Source: Lachnospiraceae bacterium (GTDB lineage Bacteria > Bacillota > Clostridia > Lachnospirales > Lachnospiraceae). From it: a DNA stretch of 64,000 nt. Made by a program: the position numbers and the translations under genes. The stretch lies in NCBI GenBank assembly GCA_045627205.1, contig JAZQNG010000064.1:2573-66572 (forward strand), written 5' to 3'. Positions 41,519-51,900 of this stretch are shown piece after piece (within the stretch, counting starts at the first letter, position 1; every line of letters begins with the position of its first letter). The notes beneath the pieces are model-generated. The model searched no databases and was not told where the DNA came from. It saw nothing but the letters and a program-made list of their open reading frames with translations.

Positions 41519-44014
41519 ATGTTTGATGAATTGATTAAAAAAATGACGCTTCAGGAAAAGGCTTCTCTTTTATCAGGTGATGGCTGGTGGAAGACAAGGG
41601 CTATAGAGAGACTTGGAATTCCAAGTGTTTATGTTGCTGATGGCCCTCATGGATTAAGAATTCAGGATGCATCAGTCAAAAAGCCGGGCGACAGCCGCCG
41701 CGCCGTATGCTTTCCTTCAGGAACAGGTCTTGCTTCCTCCTTTAACCGTGATATGATTTATGAGGTTGGTACGGTACTTGGCGAGGAGTGTAAGAGGGAA
41801 TCCGTTGATGTAGTATTAGGTCCCGCGCTTAATATGAAACGTTCACCTCTGTGCGGAAGAAATTTTGAATATATGTCTGAGGATCCCTTTCTTGCAGGAC
41901 AGATGGCGTCCTCATATGTAAAGGGAATTCAGTCCTGCGGTACAGGTGTTAGCATCAAGCATTTTGCTGCAAACAATCAGGAAAAGCACAGAATGACAGT
42001 ATCCGCAATAATTGATGAAAGAGCCTTTAGGGAAATATACCTTGCAGCATATGAGGAAATTGTAAAGACTGCTGCTCCTGAAACAGTAATGTGCTCGTAT
42101 AATAAGATTAACAGCGTATACAACTCCGAAAATCCAAAGCTTCTGAATGATATACTTCGTGATGAATGGGGCTTTGACGGGCTTGTTATGTCCGACTGGG
42201 GTGCTGTCTGTGACAGAACCAAGGGTGTGCCTGCCGGTCTTGACCTTGAGATGCCAGGAAGCTGGGGCATTAACGAGGAAAAGCTTATTGAAGCTGTCGT
42301 TCAGGGAGACCTTGATGAGGATGCCCTTGATAAGGCGGTTAATCGTGTTCTTACTCTTGTGGATAAGCATACAGGCTTCCTTTCAAATCCTGATTATAAT
42401 GCAGGAAAGCGTGAGAGAAAGGGCTTTGATTATGTAGCCGACCATAAAAAAGCAAGACGTTTTGCAAGAGAGTCAATGGTTCTTCTTAAAAATGATGGTG
42501 CTCTTCCGTTGAAAAAGGATGAGAAGATTCTATTTGTCGGTGAATTTGCTGAAAATCCCAGAATTCAGGGCGGTGGAAGCTCACATGTACATTGTGCGAA
42601 GATAATAAGTGCATTAAAGGCTGCAGAGCGGTATGCCACTGTTGATTATGTACGCGGATATGATTTAGAAGATGAGAAAAACGATGAGTTTTTACTTGAA
42701 GATGTCCTTGAAAAAGCGGAAGCAGCTGATAAGGTTGTCATTTTTGCCGGTCTTCCTGAAAGCTATGAGTATGAGAGTGCCGACAGGAAAAATATGAGGA
42801 TGCCTAAATCCCAGAATAAGCTTATCCGCGAAATCGGAAAGCTTAACAAAAATACTGCAGTCGTATTACATAACGGTTCGCCAGTTGAAATGCCCTGGAT
42901 AAAATGTGTAAATGCCGTTCTGGAGGCTTATCTGGGCGGTGAAGCATCCGGCGAGGCAGTTGCAGATCTGCTTTTTGGTGCAGCAAATCCTTCAGGAAAG
43001 CTTGCTGAATCCTTCCCGGTTAAATTATCGGACAATCCCAGCTTTGATAATTTTCCCGGAGAGATGACCGTTGAATACAGAGAGAGTATTTTTATCGGCT
43101 ACAGATATTATGATAAGGTCAATAAGGAGGTTTTATTCCCCTTTGGACATGGTCTTTCATATACAACCTTTGAATACGGTAATCTTTCTCTTCAGACAAA
43201 TGGAAAAACAGCAACCGCCAGCTTTACGGTTAAAAATACGGGTGCTGTTGCAGGTGCTGAGGCAGCTCAGCTTTACGTAAGTAAAAAGGACAGTAAAACC
43301 TACAGACCGCTTCAGGAATTAAAGGGCTTTGAAAAGGTATTTCTTGAGCCGGGAGAACAGAAAAGCATTACTATCAGTCTGGATGAGAGAGCCTTTGCAT
43401 ATTATAATACTTCTATTTCTGACTGGTATGTTGAGCCCGGAAAATACGAAATACGTGTTGGTTCTTCAAGCCGCGACATAAGGCTTTCGGGTGAAGTAGC
43501 CTTTAATTTTGAGGATATAGCAGAACCCGCATTTTCTGCTGATCAGCTTCCGACATACTTTAATGGTGACCCGGCTAAAATTACTGCAGATGAATTTGAA
43601 ATTCTCTACGGAAGCAGCCTTCCTGAGACTAAAAAGCCGAAGAATGCACCGCTTACCTTAAGAAACACACTTGAGGACTGTCTTGAGACCAAATGGGGCG
43701 GACGAATTTATAAATTCCTGAATGTAATAATAAACGGCAAGGCTGCCTTTATGGGTGAAAAGCAGAAGAGCTTTAATCTTGACCCTGAGGTTCCTTTAAA
43801 TACAATGATCTGTATGTCAAACGGAAAGCTTACGCTTCGTGAAGGTAATGCTATAGTCGGACTTCTTAACGAGGAAAACATACTTGAAAACCTCGGAATC
43901 CTGACTGATGCAGTGACTAAATCCGCGAAGAAAAAATCACAGGCAAGAAAAGAAGAAAGAGAAGCAAGGAAACAAGAGAAAAAGGCTAAAAAAGCAAACA
44001 AAGAGGTAGAATAA
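41519..44014 (+). CDS. glycoside hydrolase family 3 beta-glucosidase with Fn3-like domain and a Lys/Glu-rich tail
   Basis: GH3 blocks are DGPHGLR, NFEYMSEDPFL, KHFAANNQE and the nucleophile context VMSDWGA. The Fn3-like region is AEAAQLYV...LKGFEKVFLEPGE. The last ~35 aa are KKKSQARKEEREARKQEKKAKKANKEVE. Confidence 0.9.
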   Translation: MFDELIKKMTLQEKASLLSGDGWWKTRAIERLGIPSVYVADGPHGLRIQDASVKKPGDSRRAVCFPSGTGLASSFNRDMIYEVGTVLGEECKRESVDVVLGPALNMKRSPLCGRNFEYMSEDPFLAGQMASSYVKGIQSCGTGVSIKHFAANNQEKHRMTVSAIIDERAFREIYLAAYEEIVKTAAPETVMCSYNKINSVYNSENPKLLNDILRDEWGFDGLVMSDWGAVCDRTKGVPAGLDLEMPGSWGINEEKLIEAVVQGDLDEDALDKAVNRVLTLVDKHTGFLSNPDYNAGKRERKGFDYVADHKKARRFARESMVLLKNDGALPLKKDEKILFVGEFAENPRIQGGGSSHVHCAKIISALKAAERYATVDYVRGYDLEDEKNDEFLLEDVLEKAEAADKVVIFAGLPESYEYESADRKNMRMPKSQNKLIREIGKLNKNTAVVLHNGSPVEMPWIKCVNAVLEAYLGGEASGEAVADLLFGAANPSGKLAESFPVKLSDNPSFDNFPGEMTVEYRESIFIGYRYYDKVNKEVLFPFGHGLSYTTFEYGNLSLQTNGKTATASFTVKNTGAVAGAEAAQLYVSKKDSKTYRPLQELKGFEKVFLEPGEQKSITISLDERAFAYYNTSISDWYVEPGKYEIRVGSSSRDIRLSGEVAFNFEDIAEPAFSADQLPTYFNGDPAKITADEFEILYGSSLPETKKPKNAPLTLRNTLEDCLETKWGGRIYKFLNVIINGKAAFMGEKQKSFNLDPEVPLNTMICMSNGKLTLREGNAIVGLLNEENILENLGILTDAVTKSAKKKSQARKEEREARKQEKKAKKANKEVE

Positions 44015-44015
44015 A

Positions 44016-44690
44016 GTGATAAATATTCTCGTGGTAGATGATGACAAGAATATCCGGAGGCTTTTAAAGGCTGTTCTTGAAAATGAACAGTATAAGGTTT
44101 TTACGGCCGAAAATGGTCTCCAGGCCCTTGAACAGATTGAAAATGAACATATTGATCTTGCCGTAATCGATATAATGATGCCTGAAATGGACGGCTATGA
44201 GCTCACACAGCTATTACGTGATACCAATAATGATCTTCCGATTCTCATGGCCTCTGCCAAGCAGCTTCCTGAGGACAGAAGAAAGGGCTTTATTGTCGGG
44301 ACGGATGACTATATCACCAAGCCGATTGATGAACAGGAAATGCTTCTGCGCATCAAGGCACTTCTTCGTCGTGCAAAAATTGCAAGTGAAAGAAGGATTG
44401 TAATAGGTGATGTAATACTTGACTATGAGTCCTTTTCAGTAAAAAAAGGTAATTCTGTTCAGGAACTGCCACAGAAGGAATTTATGCTTTTATATAAGCT
44501 TTTATCATATCCGGGTAAGATTTTTACCCGTATTCAGCTTATGGATGAAATCTGGGGTTCAGACTGTGAAACGGGCTGGGAAACTGTTACTGTCCATATA
44601 GGCAGACTCAGAAAGCGTTTCGAGGGCTGGACCGAGTTTGAAATAGAATCCGTGAGGGGACTTGGGTATAAGGCTGTACGTCATGTATGA
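44016..44690 (+). CDS. OmpR-family response regulator
   Basis: GTG start 1 nt after the GH3 stop. Receiver domain has VVDDD...DIMMPEMDG...K. The winged-helix output domain has LTxKEFxLL-like QKEFMLLYKLL and RGLGYK. Confidence 0.9.
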   Translation: MINILVVDDDKNIRRLLKAVLENEQYKVFTAENGLQALEQIENEHIDLAVIDIMMPEMDGYELTQLLRDTNNDLPILMASAKQLPEDRRKGFIVGTDDYITKPIDEQEMLLRIKALLRRAKIASERRIVIGDVILDYESFSVKKGNSVQELPQKEFMLLYKLLSYPGKIFTRIQLMDEIWGSDCETGWETVTVHIGRLRKRFEGWTEFEIESVRGLGYKAVRHV

Positions 44691-44831
44691 TGTTCTTTTA
44701 ATAACAGAATAGAAATTATTTAAGGACAGTGGTTCTGATATTTGTGGCAGAACTACTGTCCTTATGTTATAATCAGATGTACTATAAAGAAATTTAACGG
44801 ATCAGAATTATTTATTTGGGGGTATTCCGTC

Positions 44832-45881
44832 ATGAAAAGAATATATGAGGAAGGCAAGCAGACTCTTAAAACCTCGGCACTTTTTTCGGTTGTTGTGCTT
44901 CTTATACTGCTGCTTGTTGTTGGAATCATACTGATTGTTATTTTTATACTGATGAATTCCGGCGTTCTTGAGCAGGGTGACAAGCAGTTTAACCTGAAGG
45001 GCTTTGTAATAGGCATTTCCATATGCAGTATTGCGCTTGGAGCAACACTTACACCTATTGCAGCCCGTATTCCCATGCGTCCCGTTAACACACTTTTACA
45101 TGCAATGGAACGTCTTGTAAACGGTGACTATAAGACGCGTCTTGAATATGAGGGTATTATGGGACATAATCTTGCAGCAGTAAATACCTTCAATCAGCTT
45201 GCAGAGGAGCTGGATAATACTGAAATGATGCGTTCGGATTTCATCAACAATTTCTCACACGAATTCAAAACTCCCATTGTTTCCATTGCAGGGTTTGCCA
45301 AGCTGCTTAAATACGATGATACACTTGATGAACAGCAGCGTCTTGAATACCTTGATATTATAGAAGAGGAATCTATGCGGCTTTCGTCAATGGCTACTAA
45401 TGTACTGGCTCTTACAAAGGTTGAGAATCAGACAATTCTGACAAATATCAGTGAATTTAACCTCTCTGAGCAGATACGTAACTGTGTTCTTCTGATGGAA
45501 AATAAATGGACTAAAAAGAATATAGATTTATCCCTTGAGTTTGATGAAATAACCATATCCGGAAATGAGGAACAGTTAAAACAGGTCTGGATAAATCTTC
45601 TTGATAATGCAATCAAATATGCTCCTCAGGACGGCAGGGTTTCAGTAAACATCAGCCAGAACGATTCTGAAACAAGGGTTGTAGTATCAAATAACGGAGA
45701 GCCTATACCGGAGAATGCAATAAACAAGGTATTTAATAAATTTTATCAGGCTGACGAATCACATGCATCGCCCGGAAACGGTGTCGGTCTTGCAATAGTA
45801 AAAAAAATAGTCCTTCTTCATAACGGAGATGTTGAGGTTGAGAGCACTCCGGAAAAAACAAGCTTTACCGTAATTCTTTAG
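44832..45881 (+). CDS. sensor histidine kinase
   Basis: Start ATG 44832 follows GGGGG. Two TM helices. H-box is FSHEFKTP, N-box is LLDNAIKY, and the G-boxes include GNGVGLAIV. Confidence 0.9.
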   Translation: MKRIYEEGKQTLKTSALFSVVVLLILLLVVGIILIVIFILMNSGVLEQGDKQFNLKGFVIGISICSIALGATLTPIAARIPMRPVNTLLHAMERLVNGDYKTRLEYEGIMGHNLAAVNTFNQLAEELDNTEMMRSDFINNFSHEFKTPIVSIAGFAKLLKYDDTLDEQQRLEYLDIIEEESMRLSSMATNVLALTKVENQTILTNISEFNLSEQIRNCVLLMENKWTKKNIDLSLEFDEITISGNEEQLKQVWINLLDNAIKYAPQDGRVSVNISQNDSETRVVVSNNGEPIPENAINKVFNKFYQADESHASPGNGVGLAIVKKIVLLHNGDVEVESTPEKTSFTVIL

Positions 45882-45961
45882 GACCTCGTGTTTTTGACTC
45901 AGTATTCATAAATTTTGGTGATATTATACAAAAAATAATTGATTTATGCGGTAAAATGGTG

Positions 45962-45990
45962 TTGAAAAAAAGGCGTATGATTGTTATAAT
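45962..45990 (+). promoter_or_regulatory. sigma-70 promoter with extended -10 upstream of ackA
   Basis: TTGAAA (45962-45967), 17-nt spacer, TGTTATAAT (TATAAT at 45985-45990). Confidence 0.6.
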
Positions 45991-46054
45991 AAATCCAAAT
46001 GCGGATTTATACCGTAAAAATGTATTGTATATAGAATAACAGGAGGAAATTACA

Positions 46055-47266
46055 ATGAAAGTTCTTGTAATGAATGCAGGAAGCTCATCATTAAAGTATC
46101 AGCTTATCGATATGGAAAATGAAAGTGTTCTTGCAAAGGGAAATGCTGACAGAATTGGTATCGACAAATCATTTGTTAAGCATAAAGCCGGAGATAAGGA
46201 GCAGGTTATTATCGAGAAGGATCTTCCTTCACATAAGGACGCCATTGAGGTGATTCTTTCACTGCTTGTTGATAAGGTAAACGGCTGCATTTCATCGATG
46301 GAGGAAATCAGGGCAGTAGGACACAGAGTAGTTGCTTCAGGCGAATATTTCAAGAAGCCTACACTTGTTACAGAAGAAAGTCTTGAAAGATTAAAGAAGA
46401 CCTTTGAATTAGGACCGCTTCACAATCCTCATGCTTACACCGGTGTTATCGCCTGCCGTGAGGTTATGCCCAATACACCCATGGTTCTTGTATTTGATAC
46501 CACCTTCCATCTTACAATGCCCGAAAAGGCGTATATGTATAATATTAAGTACGAGGATTATGTTGAGCATCATGTACGCCGTTATGGTGCACACGGAACA
46601 AGCCATAAATTCGTTTCAGGTAAGGCTGCTGAATATCTTGGAAAGGATATTAAGGACCTTAATATCATCACCTGTCATCTTGGAAACGGTTCCTCAATCA
46701 GTGCCGTAAAGGGTGGCGAGTGTGTTGATACGTCAATGGGCTTTACTCCCCTTGCAGGTGTTTGTATGGGAACACGTGCCGGTGATATTGATGCTTCAGC
46801 AGTTCAGTTCCTTGCACATAAGAAGGGCTATGACATTGACCAGATTCTTACATACCTTAATAAGGAATCAGGACTTAAGGGACTTTCAGGCGGATATTCC
46901 GATTTCCGTGACCTTACTGCAAATGTTGCAGAGGGTGGTGTTAAGGGTGCACGTGCACAGCTTGCACTTGATAAGTTTGCATATGACTGCAAGAAGTACG
47001 TTGGTGCTTATATGGCAGTTCTCGGAAGAGTAGACTGTATCGTATTTACAGCAGGTATTTCAGAGTGGAACGGCTTCATCATTAATGAAATCCTTGAAGG
47101 ACTTGATGTATATGGCATCGAGGTTGATAAGGAGAAGAATACAGATTCCTGTCCTGTACCTGTAAAGGATATCACCGGACCTAACGGAAAGATTAAGCTT
47201 CTTGTAATTCCTACAAACGAAGAGCTTGTTATTGCAAGGGAAACAAAGTCTGTTGTTGAGGCTTAA
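46055..47266 (+). CDS. ackA: acetate kinase
   Basis: MKVLVMNAGSSSLKYQL N-terminus, plus HRVVASGEYF and the GAHGTSH motif. 403 aa. AGGAGG RBS. Confidence 0.95.
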   Translation: MKVLVMNAGSSSLKYQLIDMENESVLAKGNADRIGIDKSFVKHKAGDKEQVIIEKDLPSHKDAIEVILSLLVDKVNGCISSMEEIRAVGHRVVASGEYFKKPTLVTEESLERLKKTFELGPLHNPHAYTGVIACREVMPNTPMVLVFDTTFHLTMPEKAYMYNIKYEDYVEHHVRRYGAHGTSHKFVSGKAAEYLGKDIKDLNIITCHLGNGSSISAVKGGECVDTSMGFTPLAGVCMGTRAGDIDASAVQFLAHKKGYDIDQILTYLNKESGLKGLSGGYSDFRDLTANVAEGGVKGARAQLALDKFAYDCKKYVGAYMAVLGRVDCIVFTAGISEWNGFIINEILEGLDVYGIEVDKEKNTDSCPVPVKDITGPNGKIKLLVIPTNEELVIARETKSVVEA

Positions 47267-47297
47267 AATTTCATAAATATTATTGGAGGATTAAATT

Positions 47298-48293
47298 ATG
47301 AGCTTTATTGATGAAATCAAGGCACGTGCAAGAAAAGACATCAAGACAATCGTTCTTCCCGAGGGAGAAGACAGAAGAGTTCTTGAAGCAGCTGCAACAA
47401 CACTTAAGGAAGGCAACGCAAAGGTTGTTATTCTTGGTGCAGAGGCAGATGTATTAAAGCTTGGTGAGGGACTTGACCTCTCAGGCGCTACTATTATCGA
47501 TCCTAAGACAAGCGATAAGCTTGATGCATATATCGCAAAGCTTGTTGAGCTTCGTCAGGCAAAGGGAATGACTCCCGAGCTTGCTTTACAGTCACTTACA
47601 ACTGATTTTACTACTTTTGCCGTAATGATGGTTAAGATGGGCGATGCTGACGGTGTTGTTTCAGGTGCATGCCATTCAACAGCAAATACACTTCGTCCCT
47701 GCCTTCAGATTCTGAAGACAGCTCCCGGCAACAAGTCTGCTTCAGCCTTCTTCCTTATGATCGTTCCTGATTGTGAGCTTGGTGAGAATGGTGTTTTCGT
47801 ATTCGGTGACTGTGCACTTAATCAGAATCCCGATCCTGAGACACTTGCAGAAATCGCTTCACAGTCTGCAAAGAGCTTTAAGCTTCTTACAGGCAAGGAT
47901 GCGAAGGTTGCAATGCTTAGCCATTCTTCAAAGGGCAGCGCAAAGCATGATGATATAACAAAGGTTGTTGAGGCTACAAAGATTGCCCAGGAGAAGTATC
48001 CTGATATCATGCTTGACGGTGAGCTTCAGCTTGATGCTGCAATCGTTCCTTCGGTAGGTGCTTCAAAGGCTCCCGGCTCAAAGGTTGCAGGACAGGCCAA
48101 TACACTTATTTTCCCTGACCTCGATGCAGGTAATATCGGCTATAAGCTTGTTCAGAGACTTGCAAAGGCAGAGGCTTATGGACCTGTTATGCAGGGTCTT
48201 GCAGCTCCCGTAAATGATCTTTCACGTGGCTGCTACGCAGAGGATATCGTTGGCGTTATCGCTATTACTGCAGTTCAGGCTGCTGCTAAATAA
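47298..48293 (+). CDS. pta: phosphate acetyltransferase (short form)
   Basis: 331 aa. Contains IVLPEGEDRRVLEAA, GMVSGA-like DGVVSGACHSTANTLRP, and LIFPDLDAGNIGYKLVQRL. Confidence 0.95.
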   Translation: MSFIDEIKARARKDIKTIVLPEGEDRRVLEAAATTLKEGNAKVVILGAEADVLKLGEGLDLSGATIIDPKTSDKLDAYIAKLVELRQAKGMTPELALQSLTTDFTTFAVMMVKMGDADGVVSGACHSTANTLRPCLQILKTAPGNKSASAFFLMIVPDCELGENGVFVFGDCALNQNPDPETLAEIASQSAKSFKLLTGKDAKVAMLSHSSKGSAKHDDITKVVEATKIAQEKYPDIMLDGELQLDAAIVPSVGASKAPGSKVAGQANTLIFPDLDAGNIGYKLVQRLAKAEAYGPVMQGLAAPVNDLSRGCYAEDIVGVIAITAVQAAAK

Positions 48294-48321
48294 GCCTACG
48301 TCTTTGGATTTCTCATTTACT

Positions 48322-48362
48322 ATTTCCTGACAGCTTGTGTTTATCAGGAAATATGGTTTTTA
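48322..48362 (+). terminator. possible terminator after pta
   Basis: TTTCCTGA (48323-48330) pairs with TCAGGAAA (48344-48351) across a 13-nt loop, followed by TATGGTTTTT. Confidence 0.4.
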
Positions 48363-48377
48363 TATTTGAAACAATAT

Positions 48378-48455
48378 AAGGGACATATCTTAGTGACGTT
48401 CAGTTTTCTGATTGTGCTTACACAGATTATGTGAAAACGCTTAAGATATGTCCTT
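48378..48455. repeat. 78-nt long inverted repeat (16-nt arms plus inner complementary segments)
   Basis: AAGGGACATATCTTAG (48378-48393) versus CTTAAGATATGTCCTT (48440-48455). The inner pair is GTTTTC...GAAAAC. Confidence 0.6.
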
Positions 48456-48544
48456 ATTTACTGAATTAATACAGTTTTTATCCGATTGTTTGATGCCTCA
48501 GATTAATCATTATTATATATTATTAATGGGGCATGGAGAATGAT

Positions 48545-50032
48545 ATGCTTGAGAATATTGAACCTAAAGAGGTTTTTAAATATTTTGAGTTGCTGTCCTC
48601 AGTACCGAGAGGGTCAGGTAATACAAAACAGGTAAGTGATCTGTGTGTCAATTTTGCAAGGGAACACGGATTAGACTGGTATCAGGATGAACTGAACAAT
48701 GTCATTATCCGTAAGAATGCAAGTGTAGGCTACGAGGACCATGAACCGGTTATTATCCAGGGTCATCTTGATATGGTTTGTGCCAAAACCGCAAACAGCC
48801 GTCTTGATATGTCCAAATATCCGATTACCCTTTTGCACGAGAATGATTTTATATTTGCTGATGAAACCACACTTGGCGGTGATGATGGTATTGCTGTTGC
48901 AATGGCAATGGCTGTTCTTGCTTCAGATACGATAAAGCATCCATCAATTGAGGCTGTATTTACGGTTGACGAGGAAACCGGAATGGACGGCGCAACCGGT
49001 ATAGATGCATCACAGATAAAGGGGCGTAAGCTTTTAAATATCGACAGCGAGGATGAGGGTATATTTACATGTGGCTGTGCAGGTGGAGTTCGCGTAAATG
49101 CTGAGCTTCCCGTAAAACGTCTGTGTGATGGGCTGGGACATTATGCTTCAAGTGATGATATCCAGCAGTTTGAATTTTACAAGGTTAAGCTTGATGGTCT
49201 TTTAGGTGGTCATTCGGGCTGTGATATAGATAAAAACAGGGCAAGTGCGACATATACACTCGGCGCTGTTTTATATGAAATTTGTACTGTCTGTACAATA
49301 TATTTAAGTAATATTTTCGGTGGAAAATTTGATAATGTAATTGCTGATAATTCAAATTCTCTTGTTGGGGTTGCTCCCGAGGATTCAGAAAAATTCGAAG
49401 GACTTATTTCTTTATATGATGAAAGACTTAAGGAGCAGTTTGGACAGGACGATCCGGGGCTTCACCTTTATTGTGAGCAGGTACCAAGGACTGAGCTTAC
49501 CTTCAGCTATGAACCGCTTACTGCCGAGTCAACCAAGGAGGCATTGGGAGTTCTTCATTATCTTCCCCAGGGCGTGAGAAGCATGAGCAGTAAGATTCCG
49601 GGACTTGTTGAAACATCAGCAAATTTAGGGATTTTAAGGCTTGAAAAAAATCTTCTGAAATTCAGCTGTTCTGTACGTTCCTCCATAAAGGAGCGTAAGG
49701 ATGCAGTTGTAGAGGAAATTAAAGATCTGCTGGAACTGTCCGGTGGCAGAATTACAACTCACGGTGAATATCCGGGCTGGGATTTTATGGAAAATTCTCC
49801 GCTTCGCGATACATGTGTACAGGTATTTAGGGAGCAGTACGAAAGAGAACCTGTTGTTGAGGCTATCCACGCAGGTCTTGAATGTGGAATTTTTATGGAA
49901 AAGCTTCCGGGACTTGATGCAATATCATTTGGACCGGATCTGACCGATATACATACACCTTCGGAAAAACTCAGTATTTCATCAACTGCAAGAGTATGGA
50001 AAATGCTTATTGGAATACTTGAAAAACTTTAA
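48545..50032 (+). CDS. pepD: aminoacyl-histidine dipeptidase (M20C, PepD)
   Basis: Start ATG 48545 lies 5 nt after GGAGA. Motifs are QGHLDMV, LGGDDGIAVAMAMA and DEETGMDGA. Confidence 0.85.
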   Translation: MLENIEPKEVFKYFELLSSVPRGSGNTKQVSDLCVNFAREHGLDWYQDELNNVIIRKNASVGYEDHEPVIIQGHLDMVCAKTANSRLDMSKYPITLLHENDFIFADETTLGGDDGIAVAMAMAVLASDTIKHPSIEAVFTVDEETGMDGATGIDASQIKGRKLLNIDSEDEGIFTCGCAGGVRVNAELPVKRLCDGLGHYASSDDIQQFEFYKVKLDGLLGGHSGCDIDKNRASATYTLGAVLYEICTVCTIYLSNIFGGKFDNVIADNSNSLVGVAPEDSEKFEGLISLYDERLKEQFGQDDPGLHLYCEQVPRTELTFSYEPLTAESTKEALGVLHYLPQGVRSMSSKIPGLVETSANLGILRLEKNLLKFSCSVRSSIKERKDAVVEEIKDLLELSGGRITTHGEYPGWDFMENSPLRDTCVQVFREQYEREPVVEAIHAGLECGIFMEKLPGLDAISFGPDLTDIHTPSEKLSISSTARVWKMLIGILEKL

Positions 50033-50044
50033 GGGGATGATTTT

Positions 50045-51076
50045 ATGAAGTGGAAGAAGATTAAGCTTGAAACTACAACAGAGGCCGAGGATCTTGTCAG
50101 TGCCGTTTTAAATGAAATGGGCATTGAAGGAATAGAAATTGAGGATAAAATACAGCTTTCAGAGGAAGATAAGAAAAAGATGTTTATCGATATTCTTCCT
50201 GAGCTTCCTCCGGATGACGGTGTCGCAGAAATCAGCTTTTACTGTGATGAGGATGTCGACTGCGACAGTCTCTGCAGGGATGTTCTTGAGAATCTGTCTG
50301 TTTATTCAGATGAATACAGGCTTGGAAGCTTAAAAATGACAGTCGGTGAAACAGAGGATAAGGACTGGATAAACAACTGGAAGGAATTTTTTCATCCCTT
50401 CAGAATCGATGATACAATTGTGATAAAGCCCACCTGGACCGACCTTGAGGACAGGTGTGAGGGAGATATGGTTCTTGAAATTGATCCCGGAACAGCCTTT
50501 GGAAGCGGTTCGCATGAGACAACAAAGCTGTGTATACTGAATCTAAAAAAGTATCTGAAAGAAGGACAGAGACTTCTCGATGTCGGATGCGGAAGCGGTA
50601 TTCTTGCAATCGCAGGTATGAAGCTTGGTGCATCGGGTGCATTAGGTATAGATGTCGACGATAATGCCACCAGGACATCTGTTGAAAATGCACCGATAAA
50701 TAATATTCCTTCAGAATACCTCGATGAAGCATTTCTTTCTTCAAAAAAAAGCTCAGCTGAGAACAGCTTAATTGAAATTATTCCCGGTGCAATCAGATTT
50801 TTTACCGGAAATGTTTTAGAAGATGATGCATTATGCAGAAGCATAGGGTTCGACCGTTTTGATGTAGTTGTAGCCAATATTCTTGCGGATATTATTATTC
50901 CTCTTTCCTCAGTATGCAGTAAGTACATGAGGGAAAATACACTTTTTATCAGCTCCGGAATTATCAATACAAAGGAAGAAGCCGTCAGGAAGGCTTTACT
51001 TGAAAACGGCTTTGAAATTGTTGAAACTACCCATATGAATGACTGGGTGAGTATAGTAGCAAAGGTTTGCAGATGA
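50045..51076 (+). CDS. prmA: ribosomal protein L11 methyltransferase
   Basis: Begins MKWKKIKLETTTEAEDLVS. Contains FGSGSHETTKLC and the SAM motif DVGCGSGILAIA. Confidence 0.9.
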   Translation: MKWKKIKLETTTEAEDLVSAVLNEMGIEGIEIEDKIQLSEEDKKKMFIDILPELPPDDGVAEISFYCDEDVDCDSLCRDVLENLSVYSDEYRLGSLKMTVGETEDKDWINNWKEFFHPFRIDDTIVIKPTWTDLEDRCEGDMVLEIDPGTAFGSGSHETTKLCILNLKKYLKEGQRLLDVGCGSGILAIAGMKLGASGALGIDVDDNATRTSVENAPINNIPSEYLDEAFLSSKKSSAENSLIEIIPGAIRFFTGNVLEDDALCRSIGFDRFDVVVANILADIIIPLSSVCSKYMRENTLFISSGIINTKEEAVRKALLENGFEIVETTHMNDWVSIVAKVCR

Positions 51077-51137
51077 TTTTTTTGAATTAATATTAATATA
51101 TGGCTGAACACTTTAAAGACTGTAACAGGAGGGTTTC

Positions 51138-51887
51138 ATGTATCATTTTTATACTGATAAATCGAATATTTCTGAAAACAGGATAGTATTATGCGGTGAT
51201 GATTATAATCATATTAAAAATGTCCTTCGAATGAATCCCGGTGAGGAAATTATAATCTGTGACGGCGAGGGTGTTGACTATCATTGTAAAATAGACGGAT
51301 ATGATAAAAATACCGTAACTGCAGATATACTTGACAGCGGTATTTCTGAGGCTGAGCTTCCCTTTAAGGTCTATCTTTTTCAGGGACTTCCCAAAAAGGA
51401 TAAAATGGAAATGATTATCCAGAAGGCTGTTGAGCTCGGCGTATACAGTATCATTCCCGTTATGACAAAAAGAGTAATTGTCAGACTTGAGGATGATAAA
51501 AAGGAAGCCAGGAAAATAGAACGCTGGCAGGCTATTTCAGAGGCTGCGGCAAAGCAGTCCGGAAGGGGTCTGATTCCTGAGGTCTGTCATGTTACCGGCT
51601 TTAAAAATGCTGTTGCAATGGCTGCCAAAATGGGAGCTGCCGTTATCCCCTATGAAAATGCCGACAGCTCGGCGGAGGGTATGAACAGTGCTCTTGAGCT
51701 GATAAAATGCTTTAGGAATAAGGGTGATGTTGCTGTTTTTATCGGTCCTGAAGGCGGCTTTGAACCTTCTGAAATTGAACTGGCCGTTGAAAATGGAATA
51801 AAGCCCATTACTCTTGGAAAAAGAATTTTACGAACTGAAACTGCAGGACTTATGGTTTTATCTGTGATTGGTTTTACAGCCCAGTAG
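51138..51887 (+). CDS. rsmE: 16S rRNA (uracil1498-N3)-methyltransferase
   Basis: Begins MYHFY... and contains DDYNHIKNVLRM. C-terminus has GPEGGFEPSEIE and LGKRILRTETA. Confidence 0.9.
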   Translation: MYHFYTDKSNISENRIVLCGDDYNHIKNVLRMNPGEEIIICDGEGVDYHCKIDGYDKNTVTADILDSGISEAELPFKVYLFQGLPKKDKMEMIIQKAVELGVYSIIPVMTKRVIVRLEDDKKEARKIERWQAISEAAAKQSGRGLIPEVCHVTGFKNAVAMAAKMGAAVIPYENADSSAEGMNSALELIKCFRNKGDVAVFIGPEGGFEPSEIELAVENGIKPITLGKRILRTETAGLMVLSVIGFTAQ

Positions 51888-51900
51888 AAAAGGATATAAC

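Noticed and set aside
50392-51111. 239-aa minus-strand ORF
   Set aside because: It is antisense to prmA, which carries unmistakable methyltransferase motifs. It has no RBS, and its composition is typical of an antisense frame.
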